Positions 1 to 10,212 of a stretch of DNA of 64,000 bases are shown here, in pieces. This stretch comes from a virus (taxonomy: Duplodnaviria > Caudoviricetes). The stretch is taken from the IMG/VR virus record IMGVR_UViG_3300032282_006037, positions 1-64,000 of that record. One strand, 5' to 3'. How positions within the stretch are numbered: position 1 is the first letter of the stretch; every line of letters begins with the position of its first letter. A program made the translations under genes and the position numbers. Below the pieces are notes generated by a model. The model was not told where the DNA came from. It made no database searches and saw only the letters and a program-made list of their open reading frames with translations.

Positions 1-225
1 TCTTCAGGAACAAGTGGATCATCTGGATCTTCAGGAACAAGTGGATCATCTGGATCTTCAGGAACAAGCGGTTCATCTGGATCTTCAGGAACAAGCGGTT
101 CATCTGGATCTTCAGGAACAAGTGGATCATCTGGATCTTCAGGAACAAGAGGTTCATCTGGATCTTCAGGAACAAGCGGTTCATCTGGATCTTCTGGAAC
201 AAGTGGTTCTTCTGGAACAAGCGGT
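1..225 (+). repeat. 27-bp tandem coding repeat (TCTTCAGGAACAAGTGGATCATCTGGA), about 8 units, encoding SSGTSGSSG
   Basis: Units start at 1, 28, 55, 82, 109, 136, 163 and 190; variation is mostly synonymous; the array probably continues upstream of the window. Confidence 0.95.
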
Positions 226-1599
226 TTATTAAATCTTACCGGTCCAAACAATGGTGTTATTACAAGAGATGGTAACACAGGTTCTGTTGGTATTGCTGAA
301 GTTGGATTTATATATGATTCTTTAGGAACAGGATATTTAAGTGGACGTTTAGGATTGAATACAGGTATTCCTTCAGGAATATTACATATTTATTCGGCAA
401 TTTCTGGAGATACGTTAATAAGAACTGATGGATCTAATGGTACTATCTTTAATGTTATTGATGATCTATCTGATTCTCTTCTTAGCGTAAATAATTCTGC
501 TGGATTACCAGTATTTGAAGTGTTTGCAAATGATAGAGTAGTTGCTGGGCAATATAATAGCGGTGATTTTATTATCACAAATAATAAAGCAGGTATTGGC
601 ACATCGAATCCGATAAACAAATTATCGGTCCTTGGTAATGTTAATATAGGATCTGCGGCTTTTAATGTAACTGCGCCAACAAGTGGACTTATAGTTGAGG
701 GTTCTGTTGGTATAGGTCTAACAAGTCCATCACAATTATTACACGTTTATAAAGGTAATAATGGTGGTTTGGGTGGGGCTATAATGATAGATAATAATGG
801 TAATGCTGTTGCTAATGAAACAGCTTTAATGTTTGGAGATGGTGGTTCAAGTAATATAAGAGCGGCGATTTCTTCAACAACGGAAGGCACTCCTTTTTAC
901 GGTGATATTAAATTTAAAAATGGTTTATCTGCATATTCTAGTTTAAATACTAGAATGATCATACTTGGTAATGGTAATGTAGGTATTGGAACAACAGGTC
1001 CATTAACAAAATTAGATGTTAGAGATGGATCAATCACAGCTGGTACTTTAATTTCAACATCAGGAGCAACTCTTCTACGTGGATATTATACAGATGGAGC
1101 TTTAACAGTTTTTGGCACTGAATACAGCAGCGGCGGTCCATTTCTTGGATATGCTGTTACTCCATCATTATCATCAAGCGCTGCCTTTTTAAGTTCTACT
1201 AGCATTGCAATTCCAAGATCAGCTTATATACAAAATGGCGGATCACATAGATGGTATATAGGCGCTTCACAAACAGTAGCTATAGGCAGTTCAGCTACAT
1301 TAAGCCAAGTTGTTGGAATTAATAGTGATGGTAATCTAGGCGTTGGAGCAACAAGTCCAGGTTATAAATTAGATGTAAATGGAGGAGCTAGATTTAGTGG
1401 TAATATCGGAGTTAATGGTGCGCCAGCAAGTAATAGAGTTTTAACTTTAAATAATGTTTCAGCAGGCACACCACCAGCAATAAAAATTGTTAATCCTAAT
1501 TTAGTAACAGCTGGAGGTTCTACTGGTAAAACTTGGGTTGGTTGGTTGCCAATCGATTTAGGAGATGTTAATCCTCATTATATAGCAGTTTATCAATAA
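1..1599 (+). CDS. Tail fibre / adhesin protein, 5'-truncated; N-terminal (SSGTSGSSG)n repeat, then repeated GNVGIGT beta-fibre motifs
   Basis: Frame +1 is open from base 1 to TAA at 1597-1599, so the track start at 355 is internal; GNVGIGTT/GNLGVGAT motifs are typical of phage fibres. Confidence 0.75.
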   Translation, partial: SSGTSGSSGSSGTSGSSGSSGTSGSSGSSGTSGSSGSSGTSGSSGSSGTRGSSGSSGTSGSSGSSGTSGSSGTSGLLNLTGPNNGVITRDGNTGSVGIAEVGFIYDSLGTGYLSGRLGLNTGIPSGILHIYSAISGDTLIRTDGSNGTIFNVIDDLSDSLLSVNNSAGLPVFEVFANDRVVAGQYNSGDFIITNNKAGIGTSNPINKLSVLGNVNIGSAAFNVTAPTSGLIVEGSVGIGLTSPSQLLHVYKGNNGGLGGAIMIDNNGNAVANETALMFGDGGSSNIRAAISSTTEGTPFYGDIKFKNGLSAYSSLNTRMIILGNGNVGIGTTGPLTKLDVRDGSITAGTLISTSGATLLRGYYTDGALTVFGTEYSSGGPFLGYAVTPSLSSSAAFLSSTSIAIPRSAYIQNGGSHRWYIGASQTVAIGSSATLSQVVGINSDGNLGVGATSPGYKLDVNGGARFSGNIGVNGAPASNRVLTLNNVSAGTPPAIKIVNPNLVTAGGSTGKTWVGWLPIDLGDVNPHYIAVYQ

Positions 1600-1607
1600 A
1601 ATATTTT

Positions 1608-1868
1608 ATTAATTTAAATTATACTATAGCGCGTTATGAATTTATTGACAAAGATAGATTTCTTGTAGCTTTTAATATATCTGACGATCAGGAAAATGGA
1701 GCTTATATAGAAACAATTTTGCAAACATCAGATATATGCGAAAAAACAAAACAAGAAGTTTGCCAATTGGCATATGATAATTTAAAACCAAAAATAGAAG
1801 AATTAAAAACAAAATTTTTAGAGTCGCAATCTTCAATTGTTGGTTATCAATTTGTGCCGAATGAATGA
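1608..1868 (+). CDS. Small hypothetical protein (about 86 aa) with a non-canonical ATT start; possible fibre assembly chaperone
   Basis: Open frame INLNYTIARYEFIDKDRFLVAFNI...GYQFVPNE* fills the gap; its stop overlaps the next ATG (ATGA); not in the ORF track. Confidence 0.65.
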   Translation: MNLNYTIARYEFIDKDRFLVAFNISDDQENGAYIETILQTSDICEKTKQEVCQLAYDNLKPKIEELKTKFLESQSSIVGYQFVPNE

Positions 1869-2929
1869 ATACTGATTTAATTTATCGCTGTAAAGAAAAT
1901 AATATTTCTGGGTATAAAAAAATCATTGATAAAACATATGAGATACTTAATAAAAATTATAATCTTATTGTTTTAACTGTTGATAGTCAAAAGCATAAAG
2001 ATTTTGTAAATAAAAATTTTCTAAATAAAAAAAATTTCAATTCTCCTGAATTTTTTATTTCTCCTCTTGAATTAAATAAAGAAAATAGTTGGGATTATGT
2101 TTTACCTGATAAAAATAATATTACTTGTTTGACAATGTGGGAGTCTACATTGTTACCTCGCGTGTCTATTAAAGAATTAAATAATAATACAGACAAAGTT
2201 TTAGTTCCTTCGAAATGGAATAAAGAGTGTTTTGAGCAATGCGGAGTGAAAAATGTTAACTTGTTAAATTTATTTGTTGATGATAATATTTTTAATTATA
2301 AGCCAAAAACTAATTTAAGAAAATTTACTTTTTTTGCTGGTGCTACTTTGAATGATTTTAGTATTAGCAATAATAGAAAAAACATAAATCTTGTTATTGA
2401 TTGCTTTTTAAAAGTTTTTAACAATATTAATGATGTAGAATTAATAATCAAATCTACATCAACGAGTAATTTAGGTGTTCCGAATTATCTTAGTGATAAT
2501 ATTAGAATAATTTCTAAAAATATTTCTTCTGTTGATCTAGCTAATTTATATGCTGAGTCAGATGTTTTTGTTAGTTCTTCTAAGTCGGAGGGTTGGGGAT
2601 TTTTTCAAATTGAAAGTTTAGCTGTTGGTCGTCCAGTCATTACAATTGATTATGGTGGTGTTAAAGAATTTTGTAATAAAAATAATTCATTTTTCATTGA
2701 TTATGAAGAAGAATTAGCAAGCGGTTATTGGGCAAAGAGTGGTGGTCTTTGGGCTAAATTGAATTTTGATTCTTTATGCGAACAAATGTATTTTTGTTAT
2801 AAAAATAAAGATATATTAAGAAACAATTGGCTAAATTATTCTAAAAGTGTGTTACCGCAATTTTCTTTAAAAAATTACGAACAAAATTTATTAAAATATT
2901 TATGGTGTAATAAATATAATCTGATATGA
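1865..2929 (+). CDS. Glycosyltransferase, GT4-like (GT-B fold)
   Basis: TMWES, VLVPSKWN, RKN, and SDVFVSSSKSEGWGFFQIESLAVGRPVI (EX7E motif). Confidence 0.9.
   Translation: MNTDLIYRCKENNISGYKKIIDKTYEILNKNYNLIVLTVDSQKHKDFVNKNFLNKKNFNSPEFFISPLELNKENSWDYVLPDKNNITCLTMWESTLLPRVSIKELNNNTDKVLVPSKWNKECFEQCGVKNVNLLNLFVDDNIFNYKPKTNLRKFTFFAGATLNDFSISNNRKNINLVIDCFLKVFNNINDVELIIKSTSTSNLGVPNYLSDNIRIISKNISSVDLANLYAESDVFVSSSKSEGWGFFQIESLAVGRPVITIDYGGVKEFCNKNNSFFIDYEEELASGYWAKSGGLWAKLNFDSLCEQMYFCYKNKDILRNNWLNYSKSVLPQFSLKNYEQNLLKYLWCNKYNLI
2905..2910 (+). promoter_or_regulatory. GTGTAW motif (putative phage-specific promoter)
   Basis: GTGTAA 15 nt before ATG 2926; one of 12 copies. Confidence 0.6.
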
Positions 2930-4638
2930 GTATACAACATGCAAATCTTGGAATAGTTAGAAATGGTTTACAGTTGTATTATAATCGTGAATTTCAAAGC
3001 AGTTTTAAAGGTCAGTCTACAGTAAATTTATTTGCTCTTCCGAATGGAATTTTTGGTGGAGAAGGTAATCATAGCGGTTCATTTGTCACAACAACTTCAA
3101 CTGGTATACCAGATTTAATAGTATCAGGTAATAAATCAATTTATTATGTTCCTGAATATTATACATTAGTAGCATCAGGAGCATGGCAGTCTGAAGTAAA
3201 TAGATTGCTTATATATCCTAAAGGAGGTAATAATGTTGCTTTGTCTGTATCTACATCTTATAGATTATCGTTTTATGCTAGAAGTATAAGTGGAAATACA
3301 GAATTATATTATTCTTTTTATGGAGCTTCTGGTGGTCGATCAACAGCAAGTTTAACAACAAGTTGGAAAAGATTTGAAATGACCAGCACTACACAAGCAT
3401 CTTTCACCGCTGTTGAATTTGGTAATAAAAATAGCGGTTTCATGACTTGCCAAATTGCTTGTATACAAGTTGAATCTAAATCTTATTCTACTCCATTTAC
3501 TTTGCCAATGAAATGGACGCCCAATACAACAAATGTTACTGCTATAAATGGTGGTGGTTATGCTGCTTGGGCTAAAACTTCTGGTATCGATTCTTGGACT
3601 AATGCAAGAATATATAGTTCTGAAGGTATTACTGGTCCTTGTTATGTTAGTTTTAAAGCGTCACAAATCGGATCTCCTATTATGATTGCTTTAAATAGCG
3701 ATCCTACTACAGGTATTGATTATCAAAATTTAGATTATGCATGGTATATAACATGGGAATCTGGTTTTCCAGCTGTAATTTATGAATCAGGATCATACAT
3801 AAATTCATATGGAGCCTATACAACTTCTACAATTTTTCATATTATATATGATGGCGCAAATATAAATTATTATATGGATGGAGTATTGAAAAGAAGTGTT
3901 GCTAGAACATCTACTGCGCCTTTGTATTTAGATAGTAGTTTTTATTCATCAACAGCGGGCGGTGCTGTAAATTCACTGTCTTTTGGACCACTAGAACAAA
4001 TGAATAGAACCGCGAATTTTATTGTTGGTGGTGGAGGTTTAAATGATATCAGTGGAAATAATTATAATTTAGATTTAACCAGTACAGCTATTACATTTGA
4101 TAGCGGAGGTTTTAAATTTATAGATGGTGCGACAGGGCCAAGAATAACTCCGGTTGCAAATTCAATTTTAGATACTTTAAGTAATAATTCACACAGTTAT
4201 GAATGTTGGGTTATGACTTTAGGAAATCCTCCTGATACTTATTCTGGATATTTTTTTGGCAGGGTGGGTTTTCATGAGGGTTTCTGGCAAGAGAAAACTG
4301 ATGGTAAAATAATAGGGGTTCAAACTTGGTATTATGATAATAATGGAGTTACATTATCAACAACATGTCCATTGAATACTTGGAATCATATAGTTTATGT
4401 TTGTGATGTTGAAAACGGTACTAGAAAATTATATAAAAATGGTTCTTTATCAGATTCAAATACCTTAACATTACAAATCAAACAATATACTTCAACAACT
4501 GATTATATTTTTGGTGCAGCTCAGAAAAATTATTCACCAAATTTAATTTTATCATCTGCAAAAGCTTATAGTCGTGTTTTGTCTCCAGCGGAGATAAAAC
4601 AGAATTTCAATTCGCAAAGAAAAATATATGGGATATAA
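2926..4638 (+). CDS. LamG/concanavalin A-like and carbohydrate-binding virion protein
   Basis: N-terminal IVRNGLQLYY, a CBM-like YRLSFYARS segment, C-terminal WNHIVY...AYSRVLSPAEIKQNF. Confidence 0.8.
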   Translation: MSIQHANLGIVRNGLQLYYNREFQSSFKGQSTVNLFALPNGIFGGEGNHSGSFVTTTSTGIPDLIVSGNKSIYYVPEYYTLVASGAWQSEVNRLLIYPKGGNNVALSVSTSYRLSFYARSISGNTELYYSFYGASGGRSTASLTTSWKRFEMTSTTQASFTAVEFGNKNSGFMTCQIACIQVESKSYSTPFTLPMKWTPNTTNVTAINGGGYAAWAKTSGIDSWTNARIYSSEGITGPCYVSFKASQIGSPIMIALNSDPTTGIDYQNLDYAWYITWESGFPAVIYESGSYINSYGAYTTSTIFHIIYDGANINYYMDGVLKRSVARTSTAPLYLDSSFYSSTAGGAVNSLSFGPLEQMNRTANFIVGGGGLNDISGNNYNLDLTSTAITFDSGGFKFIDGATGPRITPVANSILDTLSNNSHSYECWVMTLGNPPDTYSGYFFGRVGFHEGFWQEKTDGKIIGVQTWYYDNNGVTLSTTCPLNTWNHIVYVCDVENGTRKLYKNGSLSDSNTLTLQIKQYTSTTDYIFGAAQKNYSPNLILSSAKAYSRVLSPAEIKQNFNSQRKIYGI

Positions 4639-4640
4639 TT

Positions 4641-5834
4641 ATGGGTGCTGTTAATTTAGGTCCATCTTTAGATAAAGTTAATTTGCGATTAAATTTAGAT
4701 GCAGCACAAATGAATAGTTATAGTCCAAATGTGATTCCAAACCCTACCGATATTTTTGCATGGTGTGGAACTGCTGCTACAAATAATTGCACAATATCTA
4801 GAGATACAAGTATTACAAGGCAATATGGATCTATTCCTTTAAAAATGGTTGTAACTGGAAATGATGCTTATATTTTTAGTTATAATAGTGGACAGTGGAA
4901 TTTATCAAGTGCTGGTCCAGGTCAAACTTGGACTATAAGTGTATATGTTAAAGCTAGTCAACCAACAAATGGAGAACTTTTTATATTTGGAGCTTCGGCT
5001 GGAAATGATGTATTTACATACAATGATTATGGATCTACTTCTATAAGCATAGGAACTTCATGGACAAGAGTAAGTTTTTCATATACCTTTACAAATGTAA
5101 ATATTACTCAGATACAAGTGAGATTAGATGGTACACAATCTGGAGGTTCTGGTATAACAATTTGGTGGGATGGTTTACAAGTTGAAAAAGCTTCTAGTGC
5201 TACAACTTTTAATCCTAGGTATTTTGGAAATACTAAATGGTATGATATAAGTGGAAATAATTTAATAGGAACATTAAATGCAGCTCAAGTATTTGATCCT
5301 CAAGAAAGAGGATGTATTGATTTTAATGGAACAACTGGTTCAGTTCAAATACCGCATAGTTCTTTATTGAACTTTACTGAAATAACATATTTAACATTTG
5401 CAAAAACGCCTAGTACATATACAAGTTCATATAGAGCTATAGTTGGAAAACAAGGTGCTGATAGAGACTTTAATTTTTATTTATTTTCGAATAGTAGTAA
5501 TGGTGTTATAGATTATTATCATTTATCTACAGCTAGAGTGACAGGTTTTACTAGTATAGCTCCTATGCCGGGCGGTTCATTAGCTTTAAATACTTGGCAT
5601 CAAATGGGATTTAGTATAGGTCAAGGAAATATCAATTATATTTTAAATGGCAAGATAATTTATACAAGTACTTATACTGGCACATTTAACGCAAATAGTT
5701 CATATCCATTAACTATTGGCAGTGCTGATAATTATTTTTTAGGTAAAATAGCAACTTCTTGTATATATAATAAGATTCTTACCGCCAATCAAATTTTGAC
5801 GCATTACGAATTATTTAAAACAAGATTTTTATAG
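4641..5834 (+). CDS. LamG + carbohydrate-binding-module virion protein
   Basis: LRLNLDAA, WTISVYVK, WDGLQVE, WYDISGN, IYNKILTANQI. Confidence 0.8.
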   Translation: MGAVNLGPSLDKVNLRLNLDAAQMNSYSPNVIPNPTDIFAWCGTAATNNCTISRDTSITRQYGSIPLKMVVTGNDAYIFSYNSGQWNLSSAGPGQTWTISVYVKASQPTNGELFIFGASAGNDVFTYNDYGSTSISIGTSWTRVSFSYTFTNVNITQIQVRLDGTQSGGSGITIWWDGLQVEKASSATTFNPRYFGNTKWYDISGNNLIGTLNAAQVFDPQERGCIDFNGTTGSVQIPHSSLLNFTEITYLTFAKTPSTYTSSYRAIVGKQGADRDFNFYLFSNSSNGVIDYYHLSTARVTGFTSIAPMPGGSLALNTWHQMGFSIGQGNINYILNGKIIYTSTYTGTFNANSSYPLTIGSADNYFLGKIATSCIYNKILTANQILTHYELFKTRFL

Positions 5835-5835
5835 T

Positions 5836-7902
5836 ATGATAAATTATTCACCAAAAATAGTTACTGACGGTTTGGTTTTATGTATTGATCCAAGTCAAAA
5901 CAGTTCTTTTCCTGTTTCTGATTTGCCGGTGAAAGGAAATTTAGCTCTTTGGTTAGACGCATCAGATGATAGTACTTTTAGTTATAGTTCTGGGACTTCA
6001 GTTTCGTTGTGGAAAGATAAAAGCGGAAATAATTATAGTGCAGTTCAAGCAACAGTTGCAAATCAACCAAGTCGAAGCACAACACAGAATAGCAAAAAAA
6101 CATTAAATTTTGATGGCACAAATGACACGTTAGTTGTTTCAAATTTTATTGGTAATTCAGAAATGAGCATATTTGTAGTTTCAAATTGTGGAAATACTTT
6201 ATTTATAGAGCATTCAGTTAATGTAAATACAAATAATGGTTTTTATTTATATGGAGCAGGCGGAGGAATGTTTGCTATAAATAGGAATAGCGTCATCACT
6301 TATAACGCATTAACAGATTGGTTAACTGGTGGTTATTCAATTGCAACAGGAACTAATTCAATTGGAACAGATTTATTGACTTTTAAAAATGGAACGCAGC
6401 AATCTCCATCTTCTTCAAATCTGGTTTCTATTTCTGCTAGTAATACTACAGCATCTTTATATATAGGAAGTAGAGCTGCAAGTGGCATTTGGACTTCAGG
6501 TCCAATTGCTGAAATATTAATATATAATAGAAAAGTTTCTAATGCTGAAAGAAATTCGATTCATACATATCTTGGATTAAAATGGGGTATTGTTAATACT
6601 GATAAAACTATACTTGATCTTTCAGGATTATCAAATAATGGTACATTAAGTACTGATGCTGTTTTAAATCAAAATCAACAAAAAACAATTCAGTTCAGAG
6701 ATAATTCTGGTTCTGGATCTTACATTAATTTTGGAAATATTAATTTAAATCTTACTTCTTTAACTGTCGATTATTGGTTTAAATTAACAAGCGATCCCAA
6801 TATAGATGGTAATAACACATATAGATACATGTGTATAAAAGACTCTAACTTTTTCAATTTTTTAGAAGAAAATAGAGTTATTAATTTTACTGTTTATAAA
6901 GGTGGAAGTCAATATAGACGGGTCGGAGATTATAATGGTACGGGTATTTTTGGGCATGGTGTTGTAGCTGGTCAAGATTTTGGAACAGCTTTTAGTATTG
7001 ATGTTTGGTATAATGTTGTTTTTGTTTATGATAATTCTAATGGCTATGGTTATTATTATTTAAATGGAGTTCTTTTAAATAGCGGTATAATGAGATTAGC
7101 TTCGAACCCATATACAGCAATCACTGCTGGTAATATTGATAATACAACAAGTGCGGGTACTTTCAGTGGTTTAGACTCTGGAGCTACACCATTCTTTTTT
7201 CCGGGTCGATTAGGACCTTTAAAAATATATAATAGAAATTTATCATCCGCAGAAATCGCTTCTAATTATTCAGCTTTTAAATCTAAATATTTAAGTACAA
7301 TTATTGAAAGCGGATTAGTATTAAATTTAGATGCTGATGATCCAAGTAGTTATGCTGGATCAGGTACAACTTGGATTGATACAAGCGGCAGTAATGCTAA
7401 TTTTACTTTAGATTCATCAGGAATCACTTGGAACAGTAATGGCTATTTTACGTTAAATGATGGTGGCGCTACTAGATCTTCTTCGATTACTAGTAGTACA
7501 ACATGTACTGTGGTTTTATTTATTAAAACTAATGATGCTCAAGCTTTAACATTTAAAGGTAATAATAATAACAATTATTATATTGCTGCATATTATTCAG
7601 GTCAAGGATTTTATAGTGGAACTGCTGGTACGCCAACTTATTGGATTGATCTAAATTCAGTATCTAATCCATGGCCTACTTATTTAGATAACAAGTGGCA
7701 TATGTGGGAAATAAAAAATGTCGATTTAAGCACTTGGACCGTTTTTGAATTTAATAAATATGCAGGTTTTACTTTTGCTAATAGTGCAGTAGCAAAAATT
7801 ATGATATATAATAAAAATTTATCTGCTGATGAAAGTCAGACAAATTATAATTCCTTTTTAGAAAGAGTTAGTCGATTAAATAATCCTGTGAATCAAGATT
7901 AA
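5836..7902 (+). CDS. Multi-LamG-domain virion protein
   Basis: IVTDGLVLCID, LWLDASD, WKDKSGN, IAEILIYNR and a further GLVLNLDA domain. Confidence 0.8.
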   Translation: MINYSPKIVTDGLVLCIDPSQNSSFPVSDLPVKGNLALWLDASDDSTFSYSSGTSVSLWKDKSGNNYSAVQATVANQPSRSTTQNSKKTLNFDGTNDTLVVSNFIGNSEMSIFVVSNCGNTLFIEHSVNVNTNNGFYLYGAGGGMFAINRNSVITYNALTDWLTGGYSIATGTNSIGTDLLTFKNGTQQSPSSSNLVSISASNTTASLYIGSRAASGIWTSGPIAEILIYNRKVSNAERNSIHTYLGLKWGIVNTDKTILDLSGLSNNGTLSTDAVLNQNQQKTIQFRDNSGSGSYINFGNINLNLTSLTVDYWFKLTSDPNIDGNNTYRYMCIKDSNFFNFLEENRVINFTVYKGGSQYRRVGDYNGTGIFGHGVVAGQDFGTAFSIDVWYNVVFVYDNSNGYGYYYLNGVLLNSGIMRLASNPYTAITAGNIDNTTSAGTFSGLDSGATPFFFPGRLGPLKIYNRNLSSAEIASNYSAFKSKYLSTIIESGLVLNLDADDPSSYAGSGTTWIDTSGSNANFTLDSSGITWNSNGYFTLNDGGATRSSSITSSTTCTVVLFIKTNDAQALTFKGNNNNNYYIAAYYSGQGFYSGTAGTPTYWIDLNSVSNPWPTYLDNKWHMWEIKNVDLSTWTVFEFNKYAGFTFANSAVAKIMIYNKNLSADESQTNYNSFLERVSRLNNPVNQD

Positions 7903-7923
7903 ATTTACTTTTTAATTTTTTTA

Positions 7924-7929
7924 GTGTAT
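7924..7929 (+). promoter_or_regulatory. GTGTAW motif
   Basis: GTGTAT 8 nt before ATG 7938. Confidence 0.65.
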
Positions 7930-7937
7930 TAAATATT

Positions 7938-8756
7938 ATGGACACAATTTATATAGAAACTCAGCCATCGCCTGAAAAAAACGTATCTTCTGTTACAGCG
8001 CGACTTGGCAATTTTGATTTAATGGGTCCATTACGCGGTCCAAATCTATATGTTGAATTATTGAATCCAAACGGAGCGATTTTTGATTCAACTTATGTGG
8101 CAATTCAAGGTGATGATTGGCAAAACTGGCCTTGCAATTTAACTCCACAAGAAGATTATGAGTATTTAAGTTCTGTTATTTTACGTATATTAGGTCTTTC
8201 GAAAAGATTAAAATCTCCATTTTTTGTTAAGTATCCTATTTCGCAATATGCTATTGAAGGTTCAAGTTTTGCTATAAGTTGTGAAGTAGATGGTAATCCA
8301 AAAGAGTTTAATTATCAATGGACTAAAAATTCTGGAATTATTCCTTCAGCGACAGGTTCAAGTTTAGATTTTTCAAATGTCGTGACAGGAGATGCAGGTA
8401 ATTATGCTGTTATCGTAAATAATACTCAAGGAGAAATAACGGGTTATGCATTTGTTGAGGTTATTCCATTAAGCGCTCCAACAATTATTGTACAACCTGT
8501 TAATACAGTTCTAGTGTCTGGATCTTTTGGTCAAGTATATGTCACAGCTAATGGTGTTCCTGCTCCAAGTTATCAATGGAATAAAGATAGTGAAGCGGTT
8601 TCGGGCGCTACAGGAGCAAGTTTATATATAAATAACATGCAACCTGAATATACTGGTTTATATAATGTAACTATTTATAATACATTAGGAACTGTTACTA
8701 GCGATAGTGTAGAGTTATCAATGTCTCAAGCGTTAACTACAGGTGAAATGATTTGA
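7938..8756 (+). CDS. Protein with two tandem Ig-like (I-set-type) domains
   Basis: YQWTKN...ATGSSL...DAGNYAVIVNN and YQWNKD...GATGASL...GLYNVTIYN. Confidence 0.85.
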   Translation: MDTIYIETQPSPEKNVSSVTARLGNFDLMGPLRGPNLYVELLNPNGAIFDSTYVAIQGDDWQNWPCNLTPQEDYEYLSSVILRILGLSKRLKSPFFVKYPISQYAIEGSSFAISCEVDGNPKEFNYQWTKNSGIIPSATGSSLDFSNVVTGDAGNYAVIVNNTQGEITGYAFVEVIPLSAPTIIVQPVNTVLVSGSFGQVYVTANGVPAPSYQWNKDSEAVSGATGASLYINNMQPEYTGLYNVTIYNTLGTVTSDSVELSMSQALTTGEMI

Positions 8757-8785
8757 ATTTTTATATAGTCATAATATAATTTTAT

Positions 8786-8989
8786 ATGACTGATAGTTTA
8801 AACTTACCTGCAAATAATCAACAATCTGATTTGACAGAAATATTAACAGTAAATTTTACCAGAGAAGAATTAATTGTTTTAAACAATATTTTGGATTTAG
8901 CGACAAAATATGAAGGTTTAAAAATAGCTGAAACGACCATTTTTTTATCAAAAAAAATTAGAGAATTTTTAAACACTAAAACAATTTAA
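8786..8989 (+). CDS. Small hypothetical protein
   Basis: 67-aa ORF in operon position, followed by a terminator. Confidence 0.7.
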   Translation: MTDSLNLPANNQQSDLTEILTVNFTREELIVLNNILDLATKYEGLKIAETTIFLSKKIREFLNTKTI

Positions 8990-9005
8990 TAAAATTTTAA
9001 CACAG

Positions 9006-9037
9006 AGAGTTGTCGATTTATCGGCAACTCTTTTTTT
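9006..9037 (+). terminator. Rho-independent terminator
   Basis: AGAGTTGTCGA-TTTA-TCGGCAACTCT hairpin (one G-U pair) followed by a T run. Confidence 0.85.
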
Positions 9038-9053
9038 ATTTTTTGTTTTGTTG

Positions 9054-9059
9054 GTGTAA
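9054..9059 (+). promoter_or_regulatory. GTGTAW motif
   Basis: GTGTAA 9 nt before ATG 9069, just after a terminator. Confidence 0.7.
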
Positions 9060-9068
9060 TAATATGTA

Positions 9069-10211
9069 ATGGCTTCGTCGCGAAATAGAGTTATTTATGC
9101 AGGTGATACGATTTTAATGTCAGAATCGCCTTCTTGGTATTCGCAAACAGGAGTTGCGTCTTTAAAATCTATAAGACGTGTTCAATCAAGTAATATAGAA
9201 ATATCGACCCCGCTTTCAACAGCTAAACAAATAGGTTCGTCAGATTTTGCATTTCAAAGATATTTGCAATATCCTAAAATAACAACATCTTTTAGTTATT
9301 ATTTAACTGATAATTCAAATGAATTAATAATGGGTTTTGTCACTGATGGAGTGACTGGTTGTTTTAAAAATTTAGTTGCTTTTGGTAAGGATCAAAATAT
9401 TTTTTATGTTTTAACAAATACTAATGCTGAAGATTTTTCAGATGTTGGTAGTTTGTCTGGATACGATGTAATGAGTATAGGCAATTGTTTTCTAACTAAT
9501 TATTCTATTAATGCTGCTGTTGGAACTATACCGACAGCAAGCGCATCCTACGATTGTTTAAATATATTTTTTCAAAATTATACAGGAGTTCAAACACAAT
9601 TACCATCAATAGATTTGACTGGAGCTAGTCGATCTACTGGGACGTATGCATTAACAGCTTTCAATTTAAATCCTCAAAATTATTTTTCTAATCAAGAAAA
9701 TAGACCTGCTGCATTAAGACCTGGAGATATTGTTTTACAAATGCAGCAACCTTTAATTGGTGGAATTAGATATAGCGGTGTTGTTCAAGCTAGCATAACA
9801 TCTTTAAATGTTGAACTTCAATTAGAAAGAAAAGATTTAGTTGGTTTCGGTAGCAACTATCCATATGATAAACGCTTATTGTTTCCTATAATTGGAAATT
9901 TATCTTTTGAGGGAATTTTCGATCAAGCAGTGACTGGTGATTTTAGTCAAATATTTGATGATGAAAATACTTATGATTTCACATTTTTATTCAAAAATTG
10001 TAATGGTGATATAAATTATAGATTGGGAATCTTTGGTGCCGCTGTAGAATCTCAGAGTTTATCTATGTCTATTGGAGAAAATATGTCATTTAGCTCTCAA
10101 TTTTCTATTACAGTTACTGAAGGTGATGGTTTTACTATTTCAGGGGCAGCAGAATTAATTACTGGAGAGCTAATTGATTCTATTAACAATCAAACATTAG
10201 CTTTGTTATAA
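9069..10211 (+). CDS. Probable tail tube / major tail-like structural protein
   Basis: Beta-rich acidic protein with RNRVIY, RVQS, LERKDL..FGS and SIGEN..F segments resembling tail tube proteins; structural context. Confidence 0.5.
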   Translation: MASSRNRVIYAGDTILMSESPSWYSQTGVASLKSIRRVQSSNIEISTPLSTAKQIGSSDFAFQRYLQYPKITTSFSYYLTDNSNELIMGFVTDGVTGCFKNLVAFGKDQNIFYVLTNTNAEDFSDVGSLSGYDVMSIGNCFLTNYSINAAVGTIPTASASYDCLNIFFQNYTGVQTQLPSIDLTGASRSTGTYALTAFNLNPQNYFSNQENRPAALRPGDIVLQMQQPLIGGIRYSGVVQASITSLNVELQLERKDLVGFGSNYPYDKRLLFPIIGNLSFEGIFDQAVTGDFSQIFDDENTYDFTFLFKNCNGDINYRLGIFGAAVESQSLSMSIGENMSFSSQFSITVTEGDGFTISGAAELITGELIDSINNQTLALL

Positions 10212-10212
10212 T

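Noticed and set aside
1-225. Possible CRISPR array
   Set aside because: Head-to-tail coding repeats with no unique spacers; no cas operon (the Cas4-like nuclease is in the replication block)
14-232. ORF-track protein (DHLDLQEQV)n
   Set aside because: Off-frame reading of the 27-bp repeat; variation is mostly synonymous in frame +1, which continues into the fibre gene
2926-7902. Diversity-generating retroelement targeting the LamG genes
   Set aside because: No reverse transcriptase in the window and no adenine-variant template/variable repeat pair noticed by eye
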